Below are positions 39,563-49,053 of a DNA stretch of 64,000 bases, piece after piece. This stretch comes from an uncultured Lachnospiraceae bacterium (lineage in GTDB: Bacteria; Bacillota; Clostridia; Lachnospirales; Lachnospiraceae), in the NCBI GenBank assembly GCA_910579275.1, contig CAJTTO010000003.1, positions 90,406 to 154,405 of the forward strand, given 5' to 3'. The translations under genes were made by a program, and so were the position numbers. The notes under the pieces are model-generated. The model saw only the letters and a list, made by a program, of their open reading frames with translations. It made no database searches and was not told the origin of the DNA. Each line of letters opens with the position of its first letter. Positions within the stretch are counted from its first letter, which is position 1.

Positions 39563-40954
39563 TCAGAATACAAACTTATCTGCAAAATAAGCATCCAGCT
39601 CGTCAATCTTGATGCGCTCCTGCTCCATGGAGTCACGGAAACGGACAGTCACCGCCTGATCCTGCTCTGACTCAAAATCATATGTAATACAGAACGGTGT
39701 GCCAATTTCATCCTGACGGCGGTACCGCTTTCCGATATTTCCCCTGTCGTCAAACTCGCAGTTATATTTCTTGGAGAGCTGCGCAAATACTTTCTCCGCA
39801 CCCTCGTTCAATTTCTTGCTCAGCGGAAGGACACCGATTTTTACCGGTGCAATCGCCGGATGGAAATGAAGGACGGTTCTCACGTCGCCCTCCCCAATCT
39901 CCTCCTCGTCGTAAGCCGCGCATAAAAATGCAAGTACGACACGGTCTGCACCAAGAGACGGTTCAATCACATACGGTATGTATTTTTCCTTTTTCTCATC
40001 ATCAAAGTATGACATATCCTGCCCCGACGTATTCTGATGCTGCGTAAGGTCATAGTCTGTTCTGTCGGCAATTCCCCAAAGTTCTCCCCAGCCGATTGAA
40101 GGGAATAAGAATTCAATATCCGTTGTTCCCTTTGAATAAAAGCAAAGCTCCTCCGGCGCATGGTCGCGCAGGCGCATCTCATCTTCCTTAATGCCAAGGT
40201 TTATGAGCCAGTCACGGCAGAATCCTCTCCAATACTGGAACCACTCAAGGTCTGTCCCCGGCTCACAGAAAAACTCAAGCTCCATCTGCTCAAATTCCCT
40301 TGTCCTGAACGTAAAGTTGCCCGGTGTTATCTCGTTTCGGAATGATTTTCCGATCTGACCGATGCCAAACGGAATCTTTTTCCTTGAAGTCCGCTGTACA
40401 TTCTTAAAATTCACAAAAATCCCCTGCGCAGTCTCCGGTCTCAGATACACAGTATTTTTCGCATCCTCCGTCACGCCCTGAAACGTCTTAAACATTAGAT
40501 TAAACTGACGGATATCCGTAAAATTATGCTTGCCGCAAGTCGGACAGACAATATTCTTTTCCTCGATGAAATTCTTCATTTCTTCCTGCGAAAATGCATC
40601 AATGGGTTTCTCCAGTGTAATTTTGTTCTCACCTGCATAATCTTCAATCAGTTTGTCTGCGCGAAATCTCTCATGGCATTCCTTGCAGTCCATAAGCGGA
40701 TCCGAAAAACCACCGAGATGGCCTGATGCCACCCATGTCTGCGGATTCATGAGAATCGCACAGTCCACGCCTACATTATATGGATTTTCCATGATAAATT
40801 TCTGCCACCATGCCTTTTTTACGTTGTTTTTAAGCTCTACTCCGAGATTTCCATAATCCCATGTATTTGCAAGTCCGCCATAAATTTCCGAACCGGGATA
40901 CACAAATCCCCTGCTTTTTGAAAGTGCCACAATTTTGTCTAATGTTTTCTCCAT
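39563..40954 (-). CDS. glyS: Glycine--tRNA ligase (alpha2 type)
   Basis: [27 protein letters not shown] and VIEPSLG motifs. Confidence 0.96.
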   Translation of the reverse strand: MEKTLDKIVALSKSRGFVYPGSEIYGGLANTWDYGNLGVELKNNVKKAWWQKFIMENPYNVGVDCAILMNPQTWVASGHLGGFSDPLMDCKECHERFRADKLIEDYAGENKITLEKPIDAFSQEEMKNFIEEKNIVCPTCGKHNFTDIRQFNLMFKTFQGVTEDAKNTVYLRPETAQGIFVNFKNVQRTSRKKIPFGIGQIGKSFRNEITPGNFTFRTREFEQMELEFFCEPGTDLEWFQYWRGFCRDWLINLGIKEDEMRLRDHAPEELCFYSKGTTDIEFLFPSIGWGELWGIADRTDYDLTQHQNTSGQDMSYFDDEKKEKYIPYVIEPSLGADRVVLAFLCAAYDEEEIGEGDVRTVLHFHPAIAPVKIGVLPLSKKLNEGAEKVFAQLSKKYNCEFDDRGNIGKRYRRQDEIGTPFCITYDFESEQDQAVTVRFRDSMEQERIKIDELDAYFADKFVF

Positions 40955-40983
40955 TTCGTACTCTCCTAACATTTATATTTTAA

Positions 40984-41643
40984 TTATTTAAAAACAATCA
41001 TTCCATATCCGCCGGAAACGGTCACATCCGCGCTTTTCTTCCCCACAGCCACAACACCTTCGCCGGCATACAATATCTCGTCAAAACAGTTAATCCGCAT
41101 CGGCTGCGCTTCTGCGCCGTCAGTGCCTGCCGCCTCAAAAATAACAATATGGTTGTCTCCCATTCCCAACAATTCCGGTTTGGATACGCTTGTCAGGTCG
41201 GCATTGTCCGAAACTGCCTGCAAAGTGACATTCAGGTCAAATCCTGCCTGATTTGCCGCCTGAATAGTCCCTGCAAAAAAATTCTCCCCGTTGAATCCTG
41301 CATAGGATTTGTAGTCGGCAAACTCCATAAGGACATTTACACTCCCGTCTGAAGCTTCGCACTTTTTTAACGTTACCTGCGCCGTGCTGTCCTGTCCCTT
41401 ATAGTCCGCGATCGCAGACTCAATCATGGATTTTAATCCGCCGGCATCATAGTAGCTCTCGCCGAAATCTTCAACAATCCTGCTTGATATGCTTCCATCC
41501 TTGTTGACTGAAATAGATGACACAGCAGCCTCCTCACCTGTACTCTCCTGCGTCTTTTCTCCGCATGCCGTAAGCCCCATCACACAAAAGCAAACAATCA
41601 GAAATAAAGTTTTCCCTGCCCTCATAGATTTTTTCATTTTCAT
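40984..41643 (-). CDS. Lipoprotein of unknown function
   Basis: Lipobox LTAC after a basic/hydrophobic signal; start uncertain. Confidence 0.7.
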   Translation of the reverse strand: MKMKKSMRAGKTLFLIVCFCVMGLTACGEKTQESTGEEAAVSSISVNKDGSISSRIVEDFGESYYDAGGLKSMIESAIADYKGQDSTAQVTLKKCEASDGSVNVLMEFADYKSYAGFNGENFFAGTIQAANQAGFDLNVTLQAVSDNADLTSVSKPELLGMGDNHIVIFEAAGTDGAEAQPMRINCFDEILYAGEGVVAVGKKSADVTVSGGYGMIVFK

Positions 41644-41750
41644 CTCCACATTCATACTATTGTAACTGCCCAGATCAGGCATTATCAGTTTCTTATTACG
41701 CGCTCAAAATATTAAATTTTTGAAAAGTTCTGCGTTTTATTATAACCAAC

Positions 41751-42413
41751 TTACTCAATATTTTCAAGTATTTCAAGACTTTTAAAATTCCTATCTATCA
41801 TTCTTTTGCACATCTCCCTGCTGAAAGTCCCCAATTCCTGCAAAACTTCCGGCTTTACCTGAAACGAAAAAAGCTTTTCAACAGGCGTTTTCACTATGTA
41901 GTCAATCGTATACACCGTCGATTCCATGAAACTGTCCTTCTGTTTTATGCCCGGAAACTCGCCGTTTAACATAACGGACTTTATCTCAAAAATATACCGC
42001 ACAAGCTTATTCTCAAAGTTCGGCGCTGTTAGTGCCCTGAGTGACTGGTACAATAGCTTCAGCATGCCTGTCTCGTCATTGTTTTCCCTCGTATAATAAT
42101 CGCATATTTCCAAAAAGTACATTCCATAATATGCGCCGGAAAAATCCTGCCTGAGCTCCTCGAAATAATTGGATATGTCCGCATCCAGCATATTGTAGGA
42201 GCTTCTGCCTGCATAGAGCTTGAACTGTCCGAAAGAGAACGGATTGGCAGGCGCCATCAGCCTGTTGCCGGGCCTTCTGGAGCCCTTGGCAAAGGCCGAT
42301 ATTTTTCCCCTTTCTTTCGTGAGAATTACGACTCTCCTATCGTATTCACCCAAGGGTTCTGCTTTTATAATCATCCCTGTCAGTATTACAAAATCCTCTG
42401 TCCCCATACTCAT
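41751..42413 (-). CDS. recO: DNA repair protein RecO
   Basis: GEYDRRVVILTKERGKISAFAKGSRRP motif; downstream of era; GGAG SD before ATG 42413. Confidence 0.92.
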   Translation of the reverse strand: MSMGTEDFVILTGMIIKAEPLGEYDRRVVILTKERGKISAFAKGSRRPGNRLMAPANPFSFGQFKLYAGRSSYNMLDADISNYFEELRQDFSGAYYGMYFLEICDYYTRENNDETGMLKLLYQSLRALTAPNFENKLVRYIFEIKSVMLNGEFPGIKQKDSFMESTVYTIDYIVKTPVEKLFSFQVKPEVLQELGTFSREMCKRMIDRNFKSLEILENIE

Positions 42414-42525
42414 GTATCTCTCCTGCCTTACTTTCGGCCTTTTCCATATCAGGATGCCCCTTGTAAGCCAGATAATCGTGTACCTGTCCTGTCTGTATAA
42501 ACCGGCTCCATCCATCCTCGTGCAT
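42346..42525 (-). CDS. YqzL-like small protein (59 aa; not in the ORF track)
   Basis: MHEDGWSRFIQTGQVHDYLAYK... has the W-x2-F-x2-TG-x4-YL-x-YK pattern and sits between era and recO. Confidence 0.75.
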   Translation of the reverse strand: MHEDGWSRFIQTGQVHDYLAYKGHPDMEKAESKAGEIHEYGDRGFCNTDRDDYKSRTLG

Positions 42526-42621
42526 TTAACGTCCCTGCCCTTTCTGTTCTGCATGCTATGCAGATTAAAAATAAAAATTTTCAATCTGTATTCAAGAATA
42601 GGGTGTGCTTATAGGGCAATT

Positions 42622-43524
42622 TTATTCATTATCTTTCGGGTCATAGCCAAAATTCTTTATCAGGAAGTCACTGTCCCTCCAGTCTTTTTTGACCTTTACC
42701 CACAGCTGCAGATTCACATGCTGTTCCAGCAAATCCTCAATCTCAGGGCGTGCCATGGTACCTATTTTTTTGAGCATGGAACCGCCCTTTCCGATTATGA
42801 TTCCCTTGTGTGAATCCCGCTCACATATAATCGAAGCTTCGATATCCACAATCTTTTTTCTATATTTCATGGATTCTATTACCACTGCCACGCCATGCGG
42901 AATCTCCTCGTCAATACTTCTGAGCACCTTTTCTCGTACAAGCTCTGCCACAATCTGTCTGGTCGGCTGATCGGTTATCGTCTCCTCGTCATAAAATGCA
43001 GGTCCGTAAGGCAGATACTTCATAATCTGCTCTATCAGAACATCCGTATTGTCACTTTTGAGTGCAGATACAGGAACAACCTCCGCAAAATCAAGCCCCT
43101 TTCGATACGTATCAATATACCCGAGAAGCTGTTCCTTTTTTACCGTGTCAATCTTATTGATTACTAAAATAATTGGTGTCTTTACTTTTTTGAGCTGTTC
43201 TATTATATGCTGTTCGCCCGCACCGATATAGTCTGTCGGCTCTACGAGCCACAGTATGACATCCACTTCCCGCAGACTATGCTCTGCCACGCTGACCATA
43301 TAGCTGCCAAGTTTGTTTTTTGCCTTGTGAATTCCGGGCGTATCCACAAACACAATCTGTCCCTCATCAGAAGTGTACACAGTCTGTATGCGGTTTCGCG
43401 TCGTCTGCGGCTTTTTGGAAGTTATTGCAATCTTCTGGCCAATCAGACAGTTCATCAAAGTCGATTTTCCTACGTTTGGTCTGCCTATCAGCGCTGCAAA
43501 TCCTGACTTGTATTTTTCGTTCAT
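42622..43524 (-). CDS. era: GTPase Era
   Basis: GRPNVGKS, PQTTR, DTPG and NKID motifs; KH domain IIGKGG. Confidence 0.97.
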   Translation of the reverse strand: MNEKYKSGFAALIGRPNVGKSTLMNCLIGQKIAITSKKPQTTRNRIQTVYTSDEGQIVFVDTPGIHKAKNKLGSYMVSVAEHSLREVDVILWLVEPTDYIGAGEQHIIEQLKKVKTPIILVINKIDTVKKEQLLGYIDTYRKGLDFAEVVPVSALKSDNTDVLIEQIMKYLPYGPAFYDEETITDQPTRQIVAELVREKVLRSIDEEIPHGVAVVIESMKYRKKIVDIEASIICERDSHKGIIIGKGGSMLKKIGTMARPEIEDLLEQHVNLQLWVKVKKDWRDSDFLIKNFGYDPKDNE

Positions 43525-43628
43525 TCTTCTCTCCGTTCTGTTCTGAATGGCAGACGGCAGTTCTATTCTGCCGTCTACCGCACATTGTTCCTCCCAATGT
43601 ATCGAACTCGCTGTTCAAAAGCATCCGC

Positions 43629-46556
43629 TTATTGAATAAGATTCTCTACACCGGAAAATAGCTCTTTGTTTTCCTCTATCGCCTGACTGTTTCCTATGAC
43701 GCACACAGCCTCCTGCCCTAAAATAGCATCCATATATCCTGCAAGCGCCCGAATGTCCTCCTGCGTGCATGAAAGCACCTCGTCCCGGTCTCTCTGCAAG
43801 TCTTCAAAGTCAGTATTTGTCATGTACACAGACAGGGAACGTGTTCCCTTTGCGGCGGGTGTCAGGGGAACATCCATGTCACTTATGGCACCTATGATAT
43901 ATTTGGTCATCGTTCGCTCGTCGACCGTAAACTCCCTCAGGTAATCGCTCGTTTTCTCGAAAACGTCAATTGTCTTCTTAAGATTGGGATCCCTGTATGA
44001 GACAAGATAGCTGTCCCCCGTCTTTCCGAAATTGCACATGCAGCCATACGCGCCACCTTTCACGCGCACATTAAGCCACAGGTAGTCATAGCCAAGTATA
44101 ACCCGCAATACTCTTAACGCCCCAGTGTACACATAATCTTTATTTGTGGTAAAATTACCTGCCCTGCACACATACTGCACCTGTGCAGATGTGGAAAATC
44201 CTTCATTTTTCTTTTGCAGTACAAGCTTGAACGGCTCTTTTTTAACCGGGGCAGTAAATAATTCCGCTTTCAGTTTCGGCACAAGCGCCTTTATCTTTTC
44301 AAATCCTTCCTCGTCCGCAGTGATGTCAACCATAAGATTTTCTGATCGGAAAATGCTTGTGGCAAGCGCCTTTAGTTTCTGTATCAGCTCATCTTTCCGT
44401 CCTGCGTAATCAGCCGTGTATTTTTCAAGCATCCGGCAGAAAGGAATACCGCCCGAAATTTCTGACACTTCCGCCGTCTCGCTAAAATAAGACATTGCCC
44501 TGATTGCTGCCATCGTATGGCTTGATGACATCATACTTGCCTGCACTCTTGATTTCAATTCTTCCAGTATCTCAAGAAGTCTGTCTTCGTCATCGAGCTT
44601 CGATGCCGTCATAATCTCTGTCATAAGGTCAAACGCCGCCGGAAGCTCCTCATACATAGCTTTCGTGTGCATCTCGAATGTAAGCTTGTATGTTTCAAGA
44701 TTCTTTGCATTTACATAGGTGCTGACTGTTCCGCTGATTCCTCCGGTATGAATATTCATCTCGTCAAAAAGTTCTCCGTATCGAAACTTATCCGTATCGA
44801 CAAGGCCTAGCACGTTCTTCAAAATACCAACGTAGGAAAACAATTCAGCGGGTATGTTATCCGCCCTAAATATCAGTTTGACATAGGCGATACCGTTCGT
44901 CAAAACATCATGGAACAAAACGTCTGTGCCTTCTATGCTACGCATGTCATTCACAAATCCTTCTTCTTCCTTTCTGATGTCCTCCCTCGTAAGCACCGGG
45001 ATTCTGGCGATATCTTCCGGCGCATCCTCCGCGTCCTGAAACGCATGCAGCGCCTTTGTATCAGCGACAATACGCTTTACCTCATCCGCAGTCAGCCCTG
45101 CCTTGTATGCGGCAAGCTGGGCTGCAAGTGCTTTCTCCTCCTCGACACCCAGTCCCTCTTTGGGTGCCACGACGACAACGGATTTGTGCTGATTGTGAAT
45201 CAGATACTTCTCTATCAGTTTTTCATAATAATCGGTATTGATTTTTTTCTTCAAATCCTTGAACACATCGACTGCCTCAATCATGTCAAACGGCATATTG
45301 TCGTCATAAAGCCACGAGTCAAACATCTGAAGCCCATATATCAATCCCTTAGGGTACGAGCCAAAATCTGCCTCCCTGTACCGGAATTCATAGAAATTCA
45401 AGCCCGCAAGCAGTGATTTCTTGTCAATCCCTTCTTTTACAATACGGGATAACTCACTCTCCACAGTCTCAACGAACGCATCCTTCTGCGACATATTTGC
45501 ATTCTTGGCAACAATCGAGAAATATGGCTGATAAATGCCGTTTTGATAGACGGAGTACACTTCCGTTCCAATGTTTTTGTGTATCAGCGCCAGCTTCAGC
45601 GGTGCTGCCGAAGCGCCGCATATAGCATACTCCAGTATCTGCATTGCGTAGTAAAGCTCTTTGTCAAGGCTTGTCCCCACAACGGTATTGTATGAAAGAT
45701 AGGTGTTATTTTCCACCGACTCTCCTTCCATAACGGGATATTCCTTGTAAACCATGGCAGGCTTCTCAAATGCCTTCTGCATTTCTATCAATGAATCAAT
45801 TTCCAATTTATCAAACCGGCTAAGATACTTTTCATCTATCCATGCAAGCTTCTCTGCCATGTCTATATTACCGTACAAATAAATATAACTGTTTGACGGA
45901 TGATAGTACCTTCTGTGGAAATCGAGGAATTGTTCGTATGTGAGTTCAGGAATTACTTTGGGGTCTCCGCCTGACTCCACCCCATACGCAGTGTCAGGGA
46001 ACAGCGAGTTGACCACTTCCCTGTCGTTTACATCATCCGGAGAAGAAAAAGCACCTTTCATCTCATTGTAGACCACTCCGTTCATTGTAATCGGACTGTC
46101 CTCGTCATCCATCTCATAATGCCATCCCTCCTGCTGGAAAATTTTCTTTTCCTTGTATATGTTGGGATAAAAAACCGCATCCAGATACACATGCATCAAA
46201 TTCTGGAAATCCTTATCATTACAGCTCGCAACAGGATAAACTGTCTTGTCGCTGTACGTCATGGCATTAAGAAACGTATTCAGGGAACCCTTGACAAGCT
46301 CCACAAACGGATCCTTCACCGGAAAATCCCTGGAACCGCAAAGAACGGTATGCTCTATAATATGCGGAACACCTGTGGAATCTGTTGGCGGTGTGCGAAA
46401 GCCGATGTAAAACACCTTATTTTCATCATCATTGCTCAGAAGCGCGATTCTTGCCCCTGTTTTTTTATGGCGTAAAAGCCAGCTCATAGAACCGATATCA
46501 TCAATCTGTCTTTTCTCAATCACTTCATATGCCTTTATGTCCTCAATCTTTTTCAT
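43629..46556 (-). CDS. M16C metallopeptidase (presequence protease-like)
   Basis: Inverted zinc motif HIIEH; LNAMTY, GVVYNEMKG and VRVKGGAYG motifs. Confidence 0.93.
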   Translation of the reverse strand: MKKIEDIKAYEVIEKRQIDDIGSMSWLLRHKKTGARIALLSNDDENKVFYIGFRTPPTDSTGVPHIIEHTVLCGSRDFPVKDPFVELVKGSLNTFLNAMTYSDKTVYPVASCNDKDFQNLMHVYLDAVFYPNIYKEKKIFQQEGWHYEMDDEDSPITMNGVVYNEMKGAFSSPDDVNDREVVNSLFPDTAYGVESGGDPKVIPELTYEQFLDFHRRYYHPSNSYIYLYGNIDMAEKLAWIDEKYLSRFDKLEIDSLIEMQKAFEKPAMVYKEYPVMEGESVENNTYLSYNTVVGTSLDKELYYAMQILEYAICGASAAPLKLALIHKNIGTEVYSVYQNGIYQPYFSIVAKNANMSQKDAFVETVESELSRIVKEGIDKKSLLAGLNFYEFRYREADFGSYPKGLIYGLQMFDSWLYDDNMPFDMIEAVDVFKDLKKKINTDYYEKLIEKYLIHNQHKSVVVVAPKEGLGVEEEKALAAQLAAYKAGLTADEVKRIVADTKALHAFQDAEDAPEDIARIPVLTREDIRKEEEGFVNDMRSIEGTDVLFHDVLTNGIAYVKLIFRADNIPAELFSYVGILKNVLGLVDTDKFRYGELFDEMNIHTGGISGTVSTYVNAKNLETYKLTFEMHTKAMYEELPAAFDLMTEIMTASKLDDEDRLLEILEELKSRVQASMMSSSHTMAAIRAMSYFSETAEVSEISGGIPFCRMLEKYTADYAGRKDELIQKLKALATSIFRSENLMVDITADEEGFEKIKALVPKLKAELFTAPVKKEPFKLVLQKKNEGFSTSAQVQYVCRAGNFTTNKDYVYTGALRVLRVILGYDYLWLNVRVKGGAYGCMCNFGKTGDSYLVSYRDPNLKKTIDVFEKTSDYLREFTVDERTMTKYIIGAISDMDVPLTPAAKGTRSLSVYMTNTDFEDLQRDRDEVLSCTQEDIRALAGYMDAILGQEAVCVIGNSQAIEENKELFSGVENLIQ

Positions 46557-46627
46557 TCTAATCCTCCCTGCCGCCCTTGGCGGTTCCATTATAGTAAAAA
46601 ACACTGCCGTTTTTTCTTCAACTGTTC

Positions 46628-47059
46628 TTAAATACTAAGTGCCATTAGCGCCAGCTTTGAAATCGAAATATCCTCTATCATCACGCTTCCTTCATTCACC
46701 CTGCCGCGATAGTCGCCACAAAACTGCCCAATCTGACATGACGCGTGAACCCACCGCTCCTTTATCCTTCCGCCCATGCAGCGTTTCTGCTCCCTGTAAC
46801 AGATTCTGACTGTCAATTTCAGCTGTTCAAAAATACGGAAACAAAAGGCATCCTCAGCCATATTTAAAATGTGGTCTGTCATTCTGGTATCCAAGCTGGT
46901 ATCCTTGGCTATATGTGCACTGATGACTGCCTTGAACTTAAAGGGCACGTCATCCATGTCCATCATTTCACTGTAGGTCAGCTCCCTGCCAAAATACACA
47001 CTGCCCATGTCCTGTATCACATATTTAAAATCATCCTTGTTTTGTGTATCCATCTTCAC
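46628..47059 (-). CDS. Hypothetical protein, translationally coupled to the sigma-like gene
   Basis: ATGA overlap at 47056-47059; no motif recognised. Confidence 0.7.
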   Translation of the reverse strand: MKMDTQNKDDFKYVIQDMGSVYFGRELTYSEMMDMDDVPFKFKAVISAHIAKDTSLDTRMTDHILNMAEDAFCFRIFEQLKLTVRICYREQKRCMGGRIKERWVHASCQIGQFCGDYRGRVNEGSVMIEDISISKLALMALSI

Positions 47060-47799
47060 TCTTCACTCTCGATATAGTCAATATGATTTGCCGAAAACTT
47101 GACTGCCTCCCTTACCTTTTCCTCAGCAATCCCAAGTTCATCCGCTACTTCCTTTATGGTAACCTTTCTAAGAAAACTGTCATAAAGCTCTTTTGCCTTG
47201 TCATTCACATCATTGACCCTGCCCAGAACATTTTCATCTATCTGATGGCTGTCTGTATCCTCACGGATGAATTCCTCCATCGCATCCATAATCATGCGGC
47301 CGATAAATCCTTCAACCTCATCAATGCTTTCCACGCAGTCCAGCATCGTCACTGCCGAAGCCGCCGCGACGTTCCCCTCTCCGATTAAATCCTCAATCAA
47401 CGCCCCCTGCCCTGCATAAAGCTTTGAGATTTCCACAACATACGGCAGAAATATCTCGACAAGCCTTGCCTGAGCGGAACCGTCACCCGCAAGCGCAGAC
47501 ATCATCACTGCCCTCTTTTCACCGTCCGATGCGTCCGGAAGTTCTTTTAACTCCTCAAGATACATCTCAAGAAAGTTTACATCATCACCCGACAGGCTTT
47601 CTTCTGCATCACCCGGCTCATCAATTCCGATATGGTTTTTATGAAAATACGCATGTATCAGTGAAATCTGTTCCTCTCCAAGATTCCACTCTCCAAATGC
47701 CTCGCGAATCTCCTCACTGGTCAGCATATTTCCCTGAAATCTTGCGCTGTCCTTCAGCTGTTCGAGAATACGCGCAAAATTCGTCTGATTCAACTCCAT
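47056..47799 (-). CDS. Degenerate sigma-70 (SigA-like) protein with regions 1.1-3 and no region 4
   Basis: Region 1.1-like N-terminus; MYLEEL (1.2); ARLVEIFLPYVVEISKLYAGQGALIEDLIGEGN (2.1/2.2); RKVTIKEVADELGIAEEKVRE (3). Confidence 0.78.
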   Translation of the reverse strand: MELNQTNFARILEQLKDSARFQGNMLTSEEIREAFGEWNLGEEQISLIHAYFHKNHIGIDEPGDAEESLSGDDVNFLEMYLEELKELPDASDGEKRAVMMSALAGDGSAQARLVEIFLPYVVEISKLYAGQGALIEDLIGEGNVAAASAVTMLDCVESIDEVEGFIGRMIMDAMEEFIREDTDSHQIDENVLGRVNDVNDKAKELYDSFLRKVTIKEVADELGIAEEKVREAVKFSANHIDYIESEE

Positions 47800-47821
47800 A
47801 CTTTTCCCCCATTCCTGACCG

Positions 47822-48703
47822 CTATTTCACATGTGTATGTGTGAAAAGATGATCCTGGCAGTATTCATAATTTCCGTTACATTTGGAGCAGAACCGGAAT
47901 TGTACCTCAGGGTTCTCCTCACTATTCTTACCGCAGATTGCGCACTTATGCTTTGCCACACTCGCAGGTTTCGCACGCTTTACCTCCCTGTTGTAATCGT
48001 GCCGCCGTTTCACCTGACGCGGCGAGATGCGCATACCGATTCCTCTTCTCGTCATCAGGAAAAAGACCACAAAATTGAGGAGGGACGCACCAATAACAAT
48101 TTTCGCGCTGATATCCCCCTGCAGAAACTGTACTGCAAGCAGTATGCCATATGCAATCCCCATCCACTTAACTTTTACCGGAATAATAAACATCAGCAAT
48201 ACCTGTACATCCGGAAACGTTGCGGCAAATCCCAGAAAGATGGACATATTCACAAAATATGTGCTAAAATTATACGCCACCATCCGAAAACAAGCCATCT
48301 CGCCGTAAGCTTCCCGCACTGCATATATATTAAATACCGGAACGTAGCTAATCGCCATAACCAGAAAGCTTCCAAGTATGGTAAAAATCATACCCATAAA
48401 AAGATAGACATTATAATGAAACGTCCCCCATGTTCTCTCAAGGTTTGTTCCCACTGAGTAATAAAACATCAGCATCACGATTGTAAACAGATCAAAACCT
48501 GACGGCGGTATAAGAATCCAGGTTACAAGCCGCCAAATCTGTCCATGAAGTATCAGATATGGATTCAGTGTCAGAAAGTCCACGACCGCCGGACTGATAA
48601 ATTCCATGATATATCCGAGTACATACCCCAGTATTAGATACAGGGAAATATTTGGTATCGCATACTTTCCAAACTTTCTCTCCATTTTATTCAAAAAATT
48701 CAT
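47822..48703 (-). CDS. Rhomboid/derlin-like membrane protein with a C-terminal Cys/His zinc finger
   Basis: GQIWRLVTW motif; about 6 TM segments; CAIC...FCSKC...YCQDHLFTH. Confidence 0.72.
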   Translation of the reverse strand: MNFLNKMERKFGKYAIPNISLYLILGYVLGYIMEFISPAVVDFLTLNPYLILHGQIWRLVTWILIPPSGFDLFTIVMLMFYYSVGTNLERTWGTFHYNVYLFMGMIFTILGSFLVMAISYVPVFNIYAVREAYGEMACFRMVAYNFSTYFVNMSIFLGFAATFPDVQVLLMFIIPVKVKWMGIAYGILLAVQFLQGDISAKIVIGASLLNFVVFFLMTRRGIGMRISPRQVKRRHDYNREVKRAKPASVAKHKCAICGKNSEENPEVQFRFCSKCNGNYEYCQDHLFTHTHVK

Positions 48704-48932
48704 ATTTTTTCTTCCTGCCTTTCCATTTTTAAAACGGTCTTTTTTCGCCTGCCTTTCCAGTATAGCATTCACTGCAAAAAATGTAAACCAATCTAAATTT
48801 AACCAATTGAAATATAATATTTTTTTTATAATTTGAGATTGTACAGTTTTCCTGACTCGTACATATATATATTATTAGCTAATATTTCCAAAAAAGTATA
48901 ATCTTTTCTATAACTTTTAATCAACTGTTTTA

Positions 48933-48961
48933 TTGCGTTTTTGGAATCACTGTCGTATAAT
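48933..48961 (+). promoter_or_regulatory. Sigma-A promoter of the activase gene
   Basis: TTGCGT, 17 nt, TATAAT. Confidence 0.6.
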
Positions 48962-49053
48962 AGCAGATATGTGTTAAAAAGGTCGACTCATGTGACCGTT
49001 CGTACCTGATTATTTTATTTTGTTATTCGTTTTATTTTGTTTATGAGAAAGGT

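Noticed and set aside
42414..42584. N-terminal extension of the recO ORF
   Set aside because: Better explained by the YqzL-like ORF in another frame; the SD supports a start at 42413.
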